Notes: generated from the letters alone by a model not told the origin. 64,000 bases of DNA from Pirellulales bacterium (GCA_040901675.1 JBBDYJ010000025.1:63943-127942), one strand, 5' to 3'; shown: positions 41,045-51,284, counted from the first letter of the stretch. Numbers and translations: made by a program.

Positions 41045-41464
41045 ATGCACGAGCAAATCCAAGGACGACGTTGGCTGACGGAGACTCGGCCGGGGGGTGT
41101 GATCGAGATTGGTCTCATGTCGCGGCGGATGGAAGGTGGTGACGAGCGGCGTGTGCTGATGGTGTACACGTCCAAGGAGAAAGCGGAGGACGCCATCCGG
41201 CGAATCACCGAGTTGGACGAATCGGCCGAGCCGCGCACCGCGGTGGAAGTTTCCGAGGCTCAGTTCCGCGACGTGTTGCGGTACGGGACGCTGTTCTTCG
41301 ACGTGCACTACTACTGCCTGGACGACGGTCCGATCTACTCCAGCCGTCGCTTCCTGGGGCAGCACGTTCCGGGCCTCTACACGAGCCGCGGCCCGCCGAG
41401 CCCGGCCCGTCCGCATTCCATGCGCCTGCGCGCGTCCGAGCCAAGGACGCAGGCCGAAGGATGA
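41045..41464 (+). CDS. Hypothetical protein
   Basis: High GC3 codon pattern; no recognised family. Confidence 0.55.
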   Translation: MHEQIQGRRWLTETRPGGVIEIGLMSRRMEGGDERRVLMVYTSKEKAEDAIRRITELDESAEPRTAVEVSEAQFRDVLRYGTLFFDVHYYCLDDGPIYSSRRFLGQHVPGLYTSRGPPSPARPHSMRLRASEPRTQAEG

Positions 41465-41637
41465 AGGCAAATGGGACGGTGGACAGGGCACGACCTCTTT
41501 CCGCCCACTGAGACTCTATGGTCGCCGCTGGCCCAGCGGTGACCAAGGCCGTGGACGTTTTGGAACCACAGGGCGGTCCGGTGCGCACTTGCCTGAGCGG
41601 GCTGATTGTCGCTTGCAGTCATCCGGAGGAAATCACC

Positions 41638-41972
41638 ATGCCAAGAAAGGTGCCAGGCGGGTAACCGGAGCCGGCAAGGTTCAGACGGTCGGCGGCACCG
41701 ATGCACCGCTGCTTCAGGAAGCCAGCCGAGGGGTGGACGCCGATACGCCGTCCGGCCGGGTCAACACGGCGGAAGCCATCAGGCTGGCAATCAACAATCA
41801 TCCCCGGGCCGGCGCGGCCGAGCTGCGCCGCTTGTTCGCCGAAGAGGGAGTGCAAGCCAGCAGCGCGGAAACCGAAGCGGTCCAATCGCAGACCAAAGGT
41901 GGCGGCCAGGCGGTCGCGCGGCAAGGAGGCGGTCGGCCCATGGGCGAGAACGGGAGAAAGCCGCGCGGATAG
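41638..41972 (+). pseudogene. Frameshifted small basic protein (planctomycete DNA-binding-like)
   Basis: GGAGG RBS and ATG 41638. Adding one G after the ATG gives MAKKGARR...VNTAEAIRLAINNHPRAGAAEL... Confidence 0.5.
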
Positions 41973-42139
41973 CCTCGGCTGCCCTCCGGCGCAGGTAGCA
42001 AGCTTTCCTCCCCGCACCGATGCTGATCCACCGTTGCTCGCAGCTTGTCCCGCAAAGGCGTGACCTGCTGGCATTGTCGATGGCTGCGCTGTACAGTTGA
42101 AATAGGGACACTTGAAGAACTGCCCTACGAGGCTGTGCG

Positions 42140-42610
42140 GTGACCGCAAAAGACGAAGTGGCGCGCGACCTGAAGGATTCCTCACCTTCCGAGGGGCTGG
42201 GATTTGTTTCCACCGGAGCTGGGCAGGAAACATGGCTCCAGGAGCGCTTGGATCGGGTGGCGAGATTGCAATCGTTGCCGAGGGATTGGGATAGCTACGG
42301 AGCAGAACCTCCCAACCGGGTGGCCGTTGAGCGGTCACGCCATGTTCTCGAGATCCTTAGCGCATCGGGGCTGCCCTCTCCGCAGATAACGCCCTCGGCC
42401 GAAGAAGGAATCTGCATATCGTTTCGCAATGGGCGATTTTATGCCCATATCGAGTGCTTCAACTCCGGAGAGATTGTCGCCGCGACATCCGACGGCAACG
42501 GCGCGCATACGCTCACCGAAGTGAGCGCCGATGAGACGGAATTGATCGACAAGGCCAAAGTCATTCAGGCGGCGAAAACGATCAGAGCGCATCTCGCCCG
42601 CGACGATTGA
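42140..42610 (+). CDS. Hypothetical protein of the 'WDSYGA' type
   Basis: LPRDWDSYGAEPP...PQITPSAEEGICISF motif; less GC-biased codons. Confidence 0.75.
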   Translation: MTAKDEVARDLKDSSPSEGLGFVSTGAGQETWLQERLDRVARLQSLPRDWDSYGAEPPNRVAVERSRHVLEILSASGLPSPQITPSAEEGICISFRNGRFYAHIECFNSGEIVAATSDGNGAHTLTEVSADETELIDKAKVIQAAKTIRAHLARDD

Positions 42611-42628
42611 ACGAGCCTGGACGGACGC

Positions 42629-43020
42629 ATGGCGCAGGATTCAAGGTGGGCGCGGCGACGCAGTTATTGGGCCGCACGCCTGTTTCGCTGGAAGTTGCGA
42701 AGCCGACCGCCCCGGATGCGGCAGGGTAGCCGCACGGCGGACCCCATCTTCAGCCCGGAAGAATTGCTGTATCTGCGGATATCGAAAGCGCACCTCGAAA
42801 AGGGATCGCTCGATGCGAGCTGTATTCGGTTTCCTGACCAATCGGTGAATAGATCCAAACATAGTGAGCCCGGAGACGTACTCATTCGAGAGCCTGGAAA
42901 CAAGCAGTCGAGGATGTGGCTTTTCTTGGGCGTTGCCGGGTTTTCTGTAGTGGCGGTGCCACCTTCCGTTCATCGAGCCGCTCGAATGAATCGACACCCC
43001 CAGCGCGAATCGCCGCCGTT
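42629..43020 (+). pseudogene. Probably truncated RES/ADP-ribosyltransferase-like protein
   Basis: E.LYLR...IRFPDQSVNRSKHSEP pattern. The ORF then reads through into antisense comEA, to 43171. Confidence 0.45.
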
Positions 43021-43029
43021 TGTTACGTC

Positions 43030-43476
43030 TCATTCCGGGCTTTTCGAGACGAATGGCTTGGCGGGCACCGAGTCCGCCCCTGGCGGGGCCATGGGGCGCA
43101 GATACGGCAACATCCCTTCCAGCGTCCGCGGCCCGATGCCCGGCACCCGCTGCAACTGCTCGTGGCTCTGAAAGGGGCCGTCGCGCTCGCGCGATTCGAC
43201 GATCCGCTTCGCCAGGGCTTCACCCACCCTGGGCAGTTGCGTGAACTCCGACCAGGGGGCCGCGTTGATGTCGATCTGGTACTGGGCCGTGCGCCGCGGC
43301 TCGCGGTCGATCTCGATCAGCCGCCGTCCGGCGTTGCCCAGCGGCCAGCCGCCCTGCACCACCCAATACACGGCCATGGCCGCCAGCGCCAGGGCCAACA
43401 GCGCCGCCACGGCCGCCTGGTCGGCGCGTCGCAAGAGCCAGGCCCGCGTCGAGGGTGGTGTGCCGCGCGTTGACAT
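43030..43476 (-). CDS. comEA: ComEA-family helix-hairpin-helix DNA-binding protein
   Basis: TM anchor, IDINAA, LPRVGEALAKRIV..R...GPF, VPGIGP. Confidence 0.9.
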   Translation of the reverse strand: MSTRGTPPSTRAWLLRRADQAAVAALLALALAAMAVYWVVQGGWPLGNAGRRLIEIDREPRRTAQYQIDINAAPWSEFTQLPRVGEALAKRIVESRERDGPFQSHEQLQRVPGIGPRTLEGMLPYLRPMAPPGADSVPAKPFVSKSPE

Positions 43477-43494
43477 CGCGCGGGCCATTATCCA

Positions 43495-43561
43495 GGATAA
43501 GCGATGGGATGGCTATTAAAGCACTCCCATTTTCGGATAAGCGATGGGATGGCTATCAAAG
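43495..43561 (+). repeat. Direct repeat GGATAAGCGATGGGATGGCTAT(T/C)AAAG x2, 40-bp offset
   Basis: The second copy contains the probable nadC start codon. Confidence 0.85.
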
Positions 43562-44481
43562 AGTTCCGGCAGATCGAGTGGGACGAATCGGTCGAGGACG
43601 ACTGCCGGCAACTGGTACGCCTCTCGATCCGCGAGGATCTGGACCGCCTTTACGACTGGACCTCGGTGGCCCTGGTCCCCGACGGCACGCCGGGGGAGGC
43701 GACGGTGGTCTCGCGCCAGGCGGGAGTCGTGGCCGGTCTGCCGGCCGCCAGGCTGGTGCTGGAGGAGTACGATCCGCGCGCGGCGTGGCAGCCGCTGGTT
43801 GCCGACGGCGACCGCATCGAAGCAGGTCAGCCGGTTGCCCGAGTGGCCGGGGCGGCCCGCAGCCTGCTGGCGGCCGAGCGCCCGCTGTTGAACATGCTGG
43901 GCCACTTGTCGGGGATCGCCACGCTCACGCGGCTGCACGTCGACGCCGTGGCCGGCACGCGGGCGCGCATCTACGACACGCGCAAGACGACTCCCGGCCT
44001 GCGGCGGCTGGAGAAGTACGCCGTCCGGGCCGGCGGGGGCTGGAACCATCGGCTCGGGTTGTTCGACGCCATCCTGATCAAGGACAATCACCTGGCGCTG
44101 GGCGCCACGACGGCGAGCGGGCGCCGCTACACGCCGGCCCAGGCGGTGGCTAAAGTCCGCGAGTTCCTCGAGGGCCTCCAGCCCGGCGACCCGCGTCTGG
44201 GCATGATCGTCGAGGTGGAGGTCGACACCCTTGAGCAGCTCGCCGAGGTGCTCCCCGCCGGTCCCGACATCGTGCTGTTGGACAACATGCAACCCGAACA
44301 GCTCCGCGAGGCCGTCGCCCGCCGCGACGCGGCTCACCCGGAGATTCAGCTCGAAGCATCAGGCGGCATCGACCTGGAAACGATTCACTCGGTGGCCGCC
44401 GCCGGTGTCGATCGTATCAGCCTGGGCGCGCTGACGCACTCCGCCCGCTGGCTCGACGTGGGGCTCGACTGGACCGCGTGA
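43549..44481 (+). CDS. nadC: Nicotinate-nucleotide diphosphorylase (quinolinate phosphoribosyltransferase)
   Basis: ER.LLN..LSGIAT, DTRKTTPG, NHR.GLFD.ILIKDNH, EVEVD, LLDNM, EASGGI. Confidence 0.97.
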   Translation: MAIKEFRQIEWDESVEDDCRQLVRLSIREDLDRLYDWTSVALVPDGTPGEATVVSRQAGVVAGLPAARLVLEEYDPRAAWQPLVADGDRIEAGQPVARVAGAARSLLAAERPLLNMLGHLSGIATLTRLHVDAVAGTRARIYDTRKTTPGLRRLEKYAVRAGGGWNHRLGLFDAILIKDNHLALGATTASGRRYTPAQAVAKVREFLEGLQPGDPRLGMIVEVEVDTLEQLAEVLPAGPDIVLLDNMQPEQLREAVARRDAAHPEIQLEASGGIDLETIHSVAAAGVDRISLGALTHSARWLDVGLDWTA

Positions 44482-44744
44482 GGTTCGATTTTTTCGATCT
44501 TGGAATTGGATTGAACCATGCCTCGGCCGATCCCGACGCCGAAACCCGACCCGCTGCCTCCCGGGCCGCTCCCTCCGCGTCCGGACCCCGGGCTGCCTCC
44601 CGAAGGCCCGCCCAATCCTCCCCGTCCCGGCGATCCCATTCCGGGCGTAGCAGGACTCGCCAGAGTTCTGGATGATAATGAACTAACCTTACGCGGGACC
44701 TGTTGCGCACTACACTACCGCCCACCCACGACACGCAGGCCGAC

Positions 44745-47027
44745 ATGCCACCCGTCTCCTCCTTAATTCCTCCTTCCTCCTTCCTCCTTCCTCCTTGCAA
44801 AGCCGCCCTGCTCTTGCTGCTGCTGGCGGCCCATTCCCACGCCGGCGAGCCACCGCGGCCCGCGGCTCCGTCGGCACACACTCAGCTCGCCGACCCCGCC
44901 TTTCTCGAACAATTCGCCGCCACCCGCGGTTTCAGCCTGGGATGGCCCAGCAGCGTGTCGGTGTCCGCCGACGGGCGGTCGGTGCTGTTTCTTCGCTCGC
45001 CGCCACGCGGCTTCGTCCGCGATCTGTACGAGTTCGACGCGTCCAGCGGCAAGACGCGCCTCGTCTTGTCGGCCGAGCGGCTGCTCGGCGGCGCGGACGA
45101 AAAACTGTCGGTGGAAGAGCTGGCCCGCCGCGAGCGGATGCGCAGCACGGCCCGAGGCATCGCCGCCTATGAGCTCTCCGAAGACTCCTCGCGGGTTCTC
45201 GTGCCGCTGTCGGGTTCGCTCGTGGTCGTCGATCGCGCCGGCGGCCGGGTGCGCACTCTGCCCTCCGCACCCGGACATCCGATCGATCCCCGCCTTTCGC
45301 CCGACGGCCGCTGGGTCGCCTCGGTCCGCAACGGCGACCTCTATGTCCAAGGCATCGACGCGCCCGATCTGCACCGCTTGACCGAGACGGGCAGCGATAC
45401 GCTGACCAATGGCCTGGCCGAGTTCGTCGCCCAGGAAGAGATGGGCCGGTTCCATGGCTACTGGTGGTCGCCCGACAGCCGCTCGATCGCCTTCCAGGAG
45501 ACCGACCAGTCCGGCGTTGAGCTGTTGCACATCTCCGATCCTTTGCACCCCGAGCGGGCGCCCAACTCGTTCCGCTATCCGCGCGCCGGCCAGCCCAACG
45601 CACGGGTGCGTCTGGGCGTGGTGCCCGCCACCGGCGGAACGGCTACCTGGGTTCAGTGGGACCACCAGCGGTTTCCCTACCTGGCGACGGTCAAGTGGCA
45701 GCGGGGCGGACCGTTGACCATCCTGGTTCAAAACCGCCGGCAGACCGCCCAGCAACTCCTTGCGGTCGACACCTCGACCGGCTCGACTCGCCATTTGCTC
45801 ACGGAGACAGACGACGCCTGGCTGAACCTCGACCAGGCCACGCCGCACTGGCTGGAAGACGGCACGGGCTTTCTCTGGTCCACCGAGCGTCGCGGCGGCT
45901 GGCAAGTCGAGCTGCGGGCCCCCGACGGCAGCTTGCTCCACGAGCTGACCGGTCCCCAGCTCGGTTATCGCTCGTTGCTCGACGTCGATTGCCGGCGCGG
46001 CATCGCTTGGCTGACCGCCGCGGCCGATCCCCTCGAGGCGCACCTCTACGAGGTTCCCCTCGACCCGGCTGCCGGCGAGCCGCGCCGCACGACCACCATG
46101 CCCGGCGTCCACTCGGCCGTCTTCTCAAAACAACACGATGTCTACGTCCACACGGCATTCACCCGCCAGGGAGAGCGCACCCAGACCGTCGTCGGACCCG
46201 ATGGCCGCGGCCTCGGCCAGCTCGAGTCGGTTGCCGAGCGGCCCCCCTTCGAACCTAACGTCGAATTGACCACCGTTGGAGATGAACCGCCCTTCCACGC
46301 GGCGCTGGTCCGTCCACGCGATTTCGATCCGTCCCGCCGCTATCCGGTCGTTGTCAACGTGTACGGCGGCCCGCAGGCGCAGACGGTCACCCCCGTCCCG
46401 GCTGCCTATCTGATGCGCCAATGGGTGGCCGATCACGGTTTCGTGGTCGTCTCGATCGATGGCCGCGGCACCCCCGCGCGGGGCCGCGACTGGGAGCGGG
46501 TTATTCAAGGCAACCTGATCGACGTGCCGCTGGCCGACCAGGTAGCCGGCCTGGGAGCGCTCGCGGCCAGGTACCCCGAGCTCGATCTTTCGCGGGTCGG
46601 CATCTACGGTTGGTCGTTCGGCGGCTATTTCGCGGCCATGGCCGCCATGCGGCGGCCCGACGTCTTTCACGTGGCCGTGGCCGGCGCTCCGGTGGCCGAC
46701 TGGCACGATTACGACACGCACTACACCGAGCGTTACCTGGGCCTGCCCGATCAGCATCCGGAAGCGTATGAGCGCAGCTCGGTGTTGACCTATGCCAAGC
46801 AACTGAGGCGGCCGCTGCTCTTGATCCACGGCACGGCCGACGACAACGTCTACTTTCTGCACAGTCTCAAGATCTCTGACGCGTTGTTCCGGGCGGGCAT
46901 CGAGCACGACTTCCTGCCGCTGTCGGGACACACGCACATGGTCGCCGACCCGGCCGTGACCCGCCTGGTGAACACGCGGATTGCCGACTACCTTGTGGAG
47001 CACCTTCGACCCGCGGAGGCCAGGTAG
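44745..47027 (+). CDS. Dipeptidyl peptidase IV (S9B)
   Basis: AQEEM, WWSPD, YPRAG, GWSFGG, HGTADDNV, His in GHTH. Start approximate. Confidence 0.93.
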   Translation: MPPVSSLIPPSSFLLPPCKAALLLLLLAAHSHAGEPPRPAAPSAHTQLADPAFLEQFAATRGFSLGWPSSVSVSADGRSVLFLRSPPRGFVRDLYEFDASSGKTRLVLSAERLLGGADEKLSVEELARRERMRSTARGIAAYELSEDSSRVLVPLSGSLVVVDRAGGRVRTLPSAPGHPIDPRLSPDGRWVASVRNGDLYVQGIDAPDLHRLTETGSDTLTNGLAEFVAQEEMGRFHGYWWSPDSRSIAFQETDQSGVELLHISDPLHPERAPNSFRYPRAGQPNARVRLGVVPATGGTATWVQWDHQRFPYLATVKWQRGGPLTILVQNRRQTAQQLLAVDTSTGSTRHLLTETDDAWLNLDQATPHWLEDGTGFLWSTERRGGWQVELRAPDGSLLHELTGPQLGYRSLLDVDCRRGIAWLTAAADPLEAHLYEVPLDPAAGEPRRTTTMPGVHSAVFSKQHDVYVHTAFTRQGERTQTVVGPDGRGLGQLESVAERPPFEPNVELTTVGDEPPFHAALVRPRDFDPSRRYPVVVNVYGGPQAQTVTPVPAAYLMRQWVADHGFVVVSIDGRGTPARGRDWERVIQGNLIDVPLADQVAGLGALAARYPELDLSRVGIYGWSFGGYFAAMAAMRRPDVFHVAVAGAPVADWHDYDTHYTERYLGLPDQHPEAYERSSVLTYAKQLRRPLLLIHGTADDNVYFLHSLKISDALFRAGIEHDFLPLSGHTHMVADPAVTRLVNTRIADYLVEHLRPAEAR

Positions 47028-47048
47028 CCGCAGAGCGCCGGATTCGGT

Positions 47049-47264
47049 GTAGCCGGATTCGCCAGAATTCGGGCCGGTGGCCCGTAGTCCTCCGTAGCCG
47101 GATTCGCCAGAATTCGGGCCGGTGGCCCGTACTCCTCCGTAGCCGGATTCGCCAGAATTCGGGCCGTGGCCCGTTCACCAGAACTCTGGCGAGTCCTGCT
47201 ACGCGCCAGAATTCGGGCGGTTGCCTCGGGCTCGACGCTCCAGAATTCTGGCGAGTCCTGCTAC
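47049..47264. repeat. Family A REP cluster: three 45-bp tandem units plus inverted copies
   Basis: GTAGCCGGATTCGCCAGAATTCGGGCC at 47049, 47094 and 47139; inverted GAA(C/T)TCTGGCGAGTCCTGCTAC twice. Confidence 0.88.
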
Positions 47265-47305
47265 GATGAAGTCGCGTCTGCTGAACGTGGAGTGCGCTTT
47301 CTCCT

Positions 47306-47917
47306 ATGTCTGCCCCACCCGAAGATCGCCCACCCGCTTTAACCGCGGCCCAGCCGCCGCGCCGCTGGCCGCGGATCGTGCTGGTCTGGCTGGTTCTGCT
47401 GGCTTTGGCCGCTTGCCTGGCGCATTGCCAGTTGGCGGGCCGCGGGCACTGGATGCTGCGATACTTTCCCGAGCCGGATGTGTACAACAGCTACCAGGGC
47501 TGGCCGCTCGTCTTTTCGTTCCGCGAGCCGGGCGAGGGGCTGTTCGAGTTTCGCCTGCTGCAGCATTTTCGCCTGCCGCTTTCAATCGACGTCGGCGTAT
47601 CGCTGTTCATACTGGCCGTGACCGGTTGGCTGCTCCACCACTTGTTTGTCAGGCCGGTGCGTGTCCAATGGCGCGTGAGCAGCCTGTTTGTACTGACGGC
47701 CCTGGTTGCCGTGCTGCTGGGCTGCCTGCAGATCGAGGCCGCCCGCATACGGTCCCGCCCCCTGGGCGACCCCTGGGAGCGGCACGCGCTGCGCTACAGC
47801 CCCATCCTTTGGCTCGACCCCGTGGCTCGTGCCGGCCTGTTGGCATGCCTGGCCGCGACCTTCTACACGGCCGTCTTCGTCATAGTTCGTATCGTTCGTC
47901 GAATCCTCGGACGATAG
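47306..47917 (+). CDS. Hypothetical membrane protein (4 TM)
   Basis: Four hydrophobic segments; YQGWP and RVSSLFVLTALVA motifs. Confidence 0.7.
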   Translation: MSAPPEDRPPALTAAQPPRRWPRIVLVWLVLLALAACLAHCQLAGRGHWMLRYFPEPDVYNSYQGWPLVFSFREPGEGLFEFRLLQHFRLPLSIDVGVSLFILAVTGWLLHHLFVRPVRVQWRVSSLFVLTALVAVLLGCLQIEAARIRSRPLGDPWERHALRYSPILWLDPVARAGLLACLAATFYTAVFVIVRIVRRILGR

Positions 47918-48041
47918 CGCTCCCAACCGCTGGACATTTTGGCCCCGCGCTGCTGGAATATCAGGAGCGGGCGCGGCTTGCGAGGCGCCGGGCCTGCTTC
48001 GATTCCCGCCCCGTTTCATCCCCGCCCCGTGAGGTAGCTCG

Positions 48042-51000
48042 ATGCTGTGCGGCCTTCGGCCCCTCTGCTGGCTGCTGACTGGTCTTGTGGCTCTGCTGGC
48101 CACGCAGCCCGTGGCGCTGCGCGCCGAAGATGGCCCCTCCGGCAGCCAGGCTGCGATCGACTACAACCGCCAGATCCGGCCGATCCTCTCGAACAACTGC
48201 TTCAAATGCCACGGGCCCGACGAGGCCGAGCGGCAGGCCGGCCTGCGGCTCGACCAGCAGGAGACGGCCCTGGCCGAAACGGACTCGGGCGCGCTGGCTA
48301 TCGTCCCCGGCAAGCCGGAAGAGAGCGAACTGGTCCAGCGCATTTTCGCCGACGACGCGGCCATGCGGATGCCGCCGCCTGACAGCAACAAGCAGTTGAA
48401 GCCGGACGAAAAGGAGCTGCTCAAGCAATGGATTGCCCAGGGCGCGCCGTGGAAAGAACATTGGTCCTTTGTGCCGCCGAAACGGCCGCCGCTGCCCGCC
48501 GTCGATCAAGCCGATTGGCCCCAAGCCGGCATCGACTACTTTATCCTGGCCAGGCTCGAGGCCGAGGGGCTTTCGCCGTCGGCCGAGGCGGACCGGCCGA
48601 CGCTGATCCGCCGCCTGGCGTTCGACCTGACCGGCCTGCCGCCGGCTCCCGCCGAGGTCGACGCCTTCCTGGCCGACGGCGCGCCGGGCGCCTACGAGCG
48701 GCTGGTCGAGCGGTTTCTCAACTCGCCCCGCTATGGCGAGCGGATGGCAGTCGAGTGGCTCGACGCGGCCCGCTTCGCCGACACGCACGGCTACCACATC
48801 GACAGCGGCCGCGACATGACGCTCTGGCGGGAGTGGGTCATCGAATCCTTCAACCGCAACCTGCCGTTCGACCAGTTCACCATCGAACAGTTGGCCGGCG
48901 ACCTGTTGCCCGGCGCCACGCTTGAACAGCAGATCGCCAGCGGCTTCAACCGGAACCACATGATCAACTTCGAGGGGGGCGCCATCCCCGAGGAATACCA
49001 CGCCGCCTACATCGTCGACCGGATCAACACCACGGGCACTGTGTGGCTGGGCCTCTCCATCGCCTGCTCGCAATGCCACGACCACAAGTACGACCCGATC
49101 ACGCAGAAGGAGTATTACCAGCTCTATGCCTTCTTCCACAATGTGCCGGAGAAGGGGCTCGACGGAGCCAAGGGGAATGCGGCCCCGGTAATCAAGGTGC
49201 CCAGCCTCGCGCAGAAACAGGCCGCCGCGGAGCTGGCCGCCGCCATCACAGAAACCGAGCGGCAAATGGCTGAGGCCGGCGAGCGGGCAGACGCCGCCCA
49301 GGTCGAGTGGGAGAACACTGAGCGTAGCGAGAGCGGCGCCGAGTGGTCGCTCGTCGACGCCGAGCGGGTCGAGTCGGCCGGCGGAGCCACGTTCAGCAAG
49401 CTTGACGACAAGTCGTTCCTGGCCGCCGGAGCGAATCCGCCCACCGACGTCTATACCATCCGCGCACCCTTGGAGCCCAACGGCGTCACGGCGCTCAGGC
49501 TCGAGGCACTCGACCACGACGGCCTCTCCGCACGCGGGCCAGGCCGCTCCGCCAACGGCAACGTCGTGCTGACCGAAGTCAAGCTGGCCTTGGAGCCTGC
49601 CGTGAAACCGGAGGCGGGCGGGCAGGAGGCCGCCGAGCCGCTGGCGATCAAGATCAAGGCCGCCGCGGCCGATTTCAGCCAGAAGGATTTCGACGTGGCC
49701 CGGGCCGCCGACGGCAACCCGGACACAGGCTGGGCCATTCATCCCGAGACCGGCAAGCCGCATGCGGCCGTGTTCGAGTTCGAGCAGCCGATCGGCGCCG
49801 CCGGGCCGGGACTGCTGGTTGTCACGCTCGAGTTCAAGTCGCGGTTCGCCCAGCATCAACTGGGCCGCTTCCGGCTCGCCGTCACCACGGCTGCCGATCC
49901 GCACGGCGGCCAGGAACTGCCCGCTGCCATTCAGCAGATCCTGGCCGTGGCGCCGGAAACCCGCAGCGACCAGCAGCGGGAGGAGTTGAAGAAATATTAC
50001 CGCGAGAAGGTGTCGCCCGAACTGGGGGAGTTGGCTGCACGGCTGGAGCGCCTTCGCAAGGAGCAGGAAGAGTTGGACAAGCAGATTCCCAGCGCCATGG
50101 TGATGCGAGAGATGGACGCTCCTCGCGAGACGTACCTGCTGGTCCGCGGCGAGTACGACAAGCGGGGCGAGCAGGTCCAGCCGGGCGTGCCGGCCGCGCT
50201 GCCGCCGCTGCCGGCCGGCGCACCGGTGAACCGGCTGGGGCTGGCTCGCTGGCTCGTCGATCCGTCGCAGCCGCTCACCGCCCGCGTCACGGTCAATCGG
50301 TATTGGCAGATGTTCTTCGGCACCGGCCTCGTCAAGACATCGGAGGATTTTGGCTCGCAGGGCGACTTGCCCAGCCATCCGCAGTTGCTCGACTGGCTGG
50401 CGGCCGAGTTCCTCCAGAGCGGCTGGGACGTCAAGCACCTGGTGCGGCTGATCGTCACCTCGGCCGCATATCGGCAGTCGTCGGCCGTCACGCCCGACCT
50501 GCTGGCCCGCGATCCGGAAAACCGCCTGCTGGCCCGCGGCGCCCGCTTCCGCTTGCAGGCCGAGTTCATCCGCGACCAGGCGCTCGCCGTCAGCGGCCTG
50601 CTCGACGACCGCCTGGGCGGCCCCAGCGTTTCTCCCTATCAGCCCGAGGGGCTCTGGGAGGAGCTCGCCTCGCGCGAGGACGGTGCCAACTGGACGGCGC
50701 AGACGTACCGGCTCAGCGCGGGCCCCGACTTGTATCGCCGCACCATGTACACCTTCTGGAAGCGGACCTCGCCGCCTCCCACGCTGGTCACGTTCGACGC
50801 GCCCGATCGCGAAACGTGTACTGTCCGCCGTGCCAGGACGAACACCCCCTTGCAGGCCTTGATCTTGTTGAACGATCCGACCTACGTCGAGGCCTCGCGC
50901 AAGCTGGCCGAGCGGATGATGACCGAGGCCGGCGCCGAGCCGGCCGAGCGGATCGCCTTTGCCTTCCGCCTGGCAACCGCGCGGCAGCCCAGCCAGGTCG

Positions 51001-51191
51001 AGGCGGACGTGCTGTCGCGGATTTTTGACGAGCAACTGGCCGTGTACCGCGGCAACGCCGAGATGGCCGCGAAGCTGCTCGACGTGGGCCAGTCGCCCCG
51101 CAACGAACAATTGGAACCCGCTGAGCTGGCCGCCTGGACCACGGTGGCCAGCGTGATCCTGAACCTGGACGAAGTCGTCACCAAGAATTAA
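48042..51191 (+). CDS. PSD1/planctomycete cytochrome c protein (PSCyt1-DUF1549-DUF1553)
   Basis: CFKCHGPD, HWSF, YGER.A..WLD.ARFADT.G, CSQCHDHKYDP, ARVTVNRYWQ, NTPLQAL. Confidence 0.95.
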   Translation: MLCGLRPLCWLLTGLVALLATQPVALRAEDGPSGSQAAIDYNRQIRPILSNNCFKCHGPDEAERQAGLRLDQQETALAETDSGALAIVPGKPEESELVQRIFADDAAMRMPPPDSNKQLKPDEKELLKQWIAQGAPWKEHWSFVPPKRPPLPAVDQADWPQAGIDYFILARLEAEGLSPSAEADRPTLIRRLAFDLTGLPPAPAEVDAFLADGAPGAYERLVERFLNSPRYGERMAVEWLDAARFADTHGYHIDSGRDMTLWREWVIESFNRNLPFDQFTIEQLAGDLLPGATLEQQIASGFNRNHMINFEGGAIPEEYHAAYIVDRINTTGTVWLGLSIACSQCHDHKYDPITQKEYYQLYAFFHNVPEKGLDGAKGNAAPVIKVPSLAQKQAAAELAAAITETERQMAEAGERADAAQVEWENTERSESGAEWSLVDAERVESAGGATFSKLDDKSFLAAGANPPTDVYTIRAPLEPNGVTALRLEALDHDGLSARGPGRSANGNVVLTEVKLALEPAVKPEAGGQEAAEPLAIKIKAAAADFSQKDFDVARAADGNPDTGWAIHPETGKPHAAVFEFEQPIGAAGPGLLVVTLEFKSRFAQHQLGRFRLAVTTAADPHGGQELPAAIQQILAVAPETRSDQQREELKKYYREKVSPELGELAARLERLRKEQEELDKQIPSAMVMREMDAPRETYLLVRGEYDKRGEQVQPGVPAALPPLPAGAPVNRLGLARWLVDPSQPLTARVTVNRYWQMFFGTGLVKTSEDFGSQGDLPSHPQLLDWLAAEFLQSGWDVKHLVRLIVTSAAYRQSSAVTPDLLARDPENRLLARGARFRLQAEFIRDQALAVSGLLDDRLGGPSVSPYQPEGLWEELASREDGANWTAQTYRLSAGPDLYRRTMYTFWKRTSPPPTLVTFDAPDRETCTVRRARTNTPLQALILLNDPTYVEASRKLAERMMTEAGAEPAERIAFAFRLATARQPSQVEADVLSRIFDEQLAVYRGNAEMAAKLLDVGQSPRNEQLEPAELAAWTTVASVILNLDEVVTKN

Positions 51192-51284
51192 CGGCAAAAA
51201 AACAACCATCCACTGGGGCACGATTATCGCTTTGCCCCAGCCACCCAGCGGCTTTGTTTGCGTCGAGAATTGAGGACTGCCGAC

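Noticed and set aside
41465..41635. Possible riboswitch or ncRNA (hairpin GGTCGCCGCTGG-CCAGCGGTGACC)
   Set aside because: No convincing match to any riboswitch consensus I know; an Infernal/Rfam scan would be needed.
47049..47175. CRISPR-like 45-bp periodic array
   Set aside because: The would-be spacers are nearly identical, the repeat is the dispersed GTAG REP-A, and there are no cas genes.
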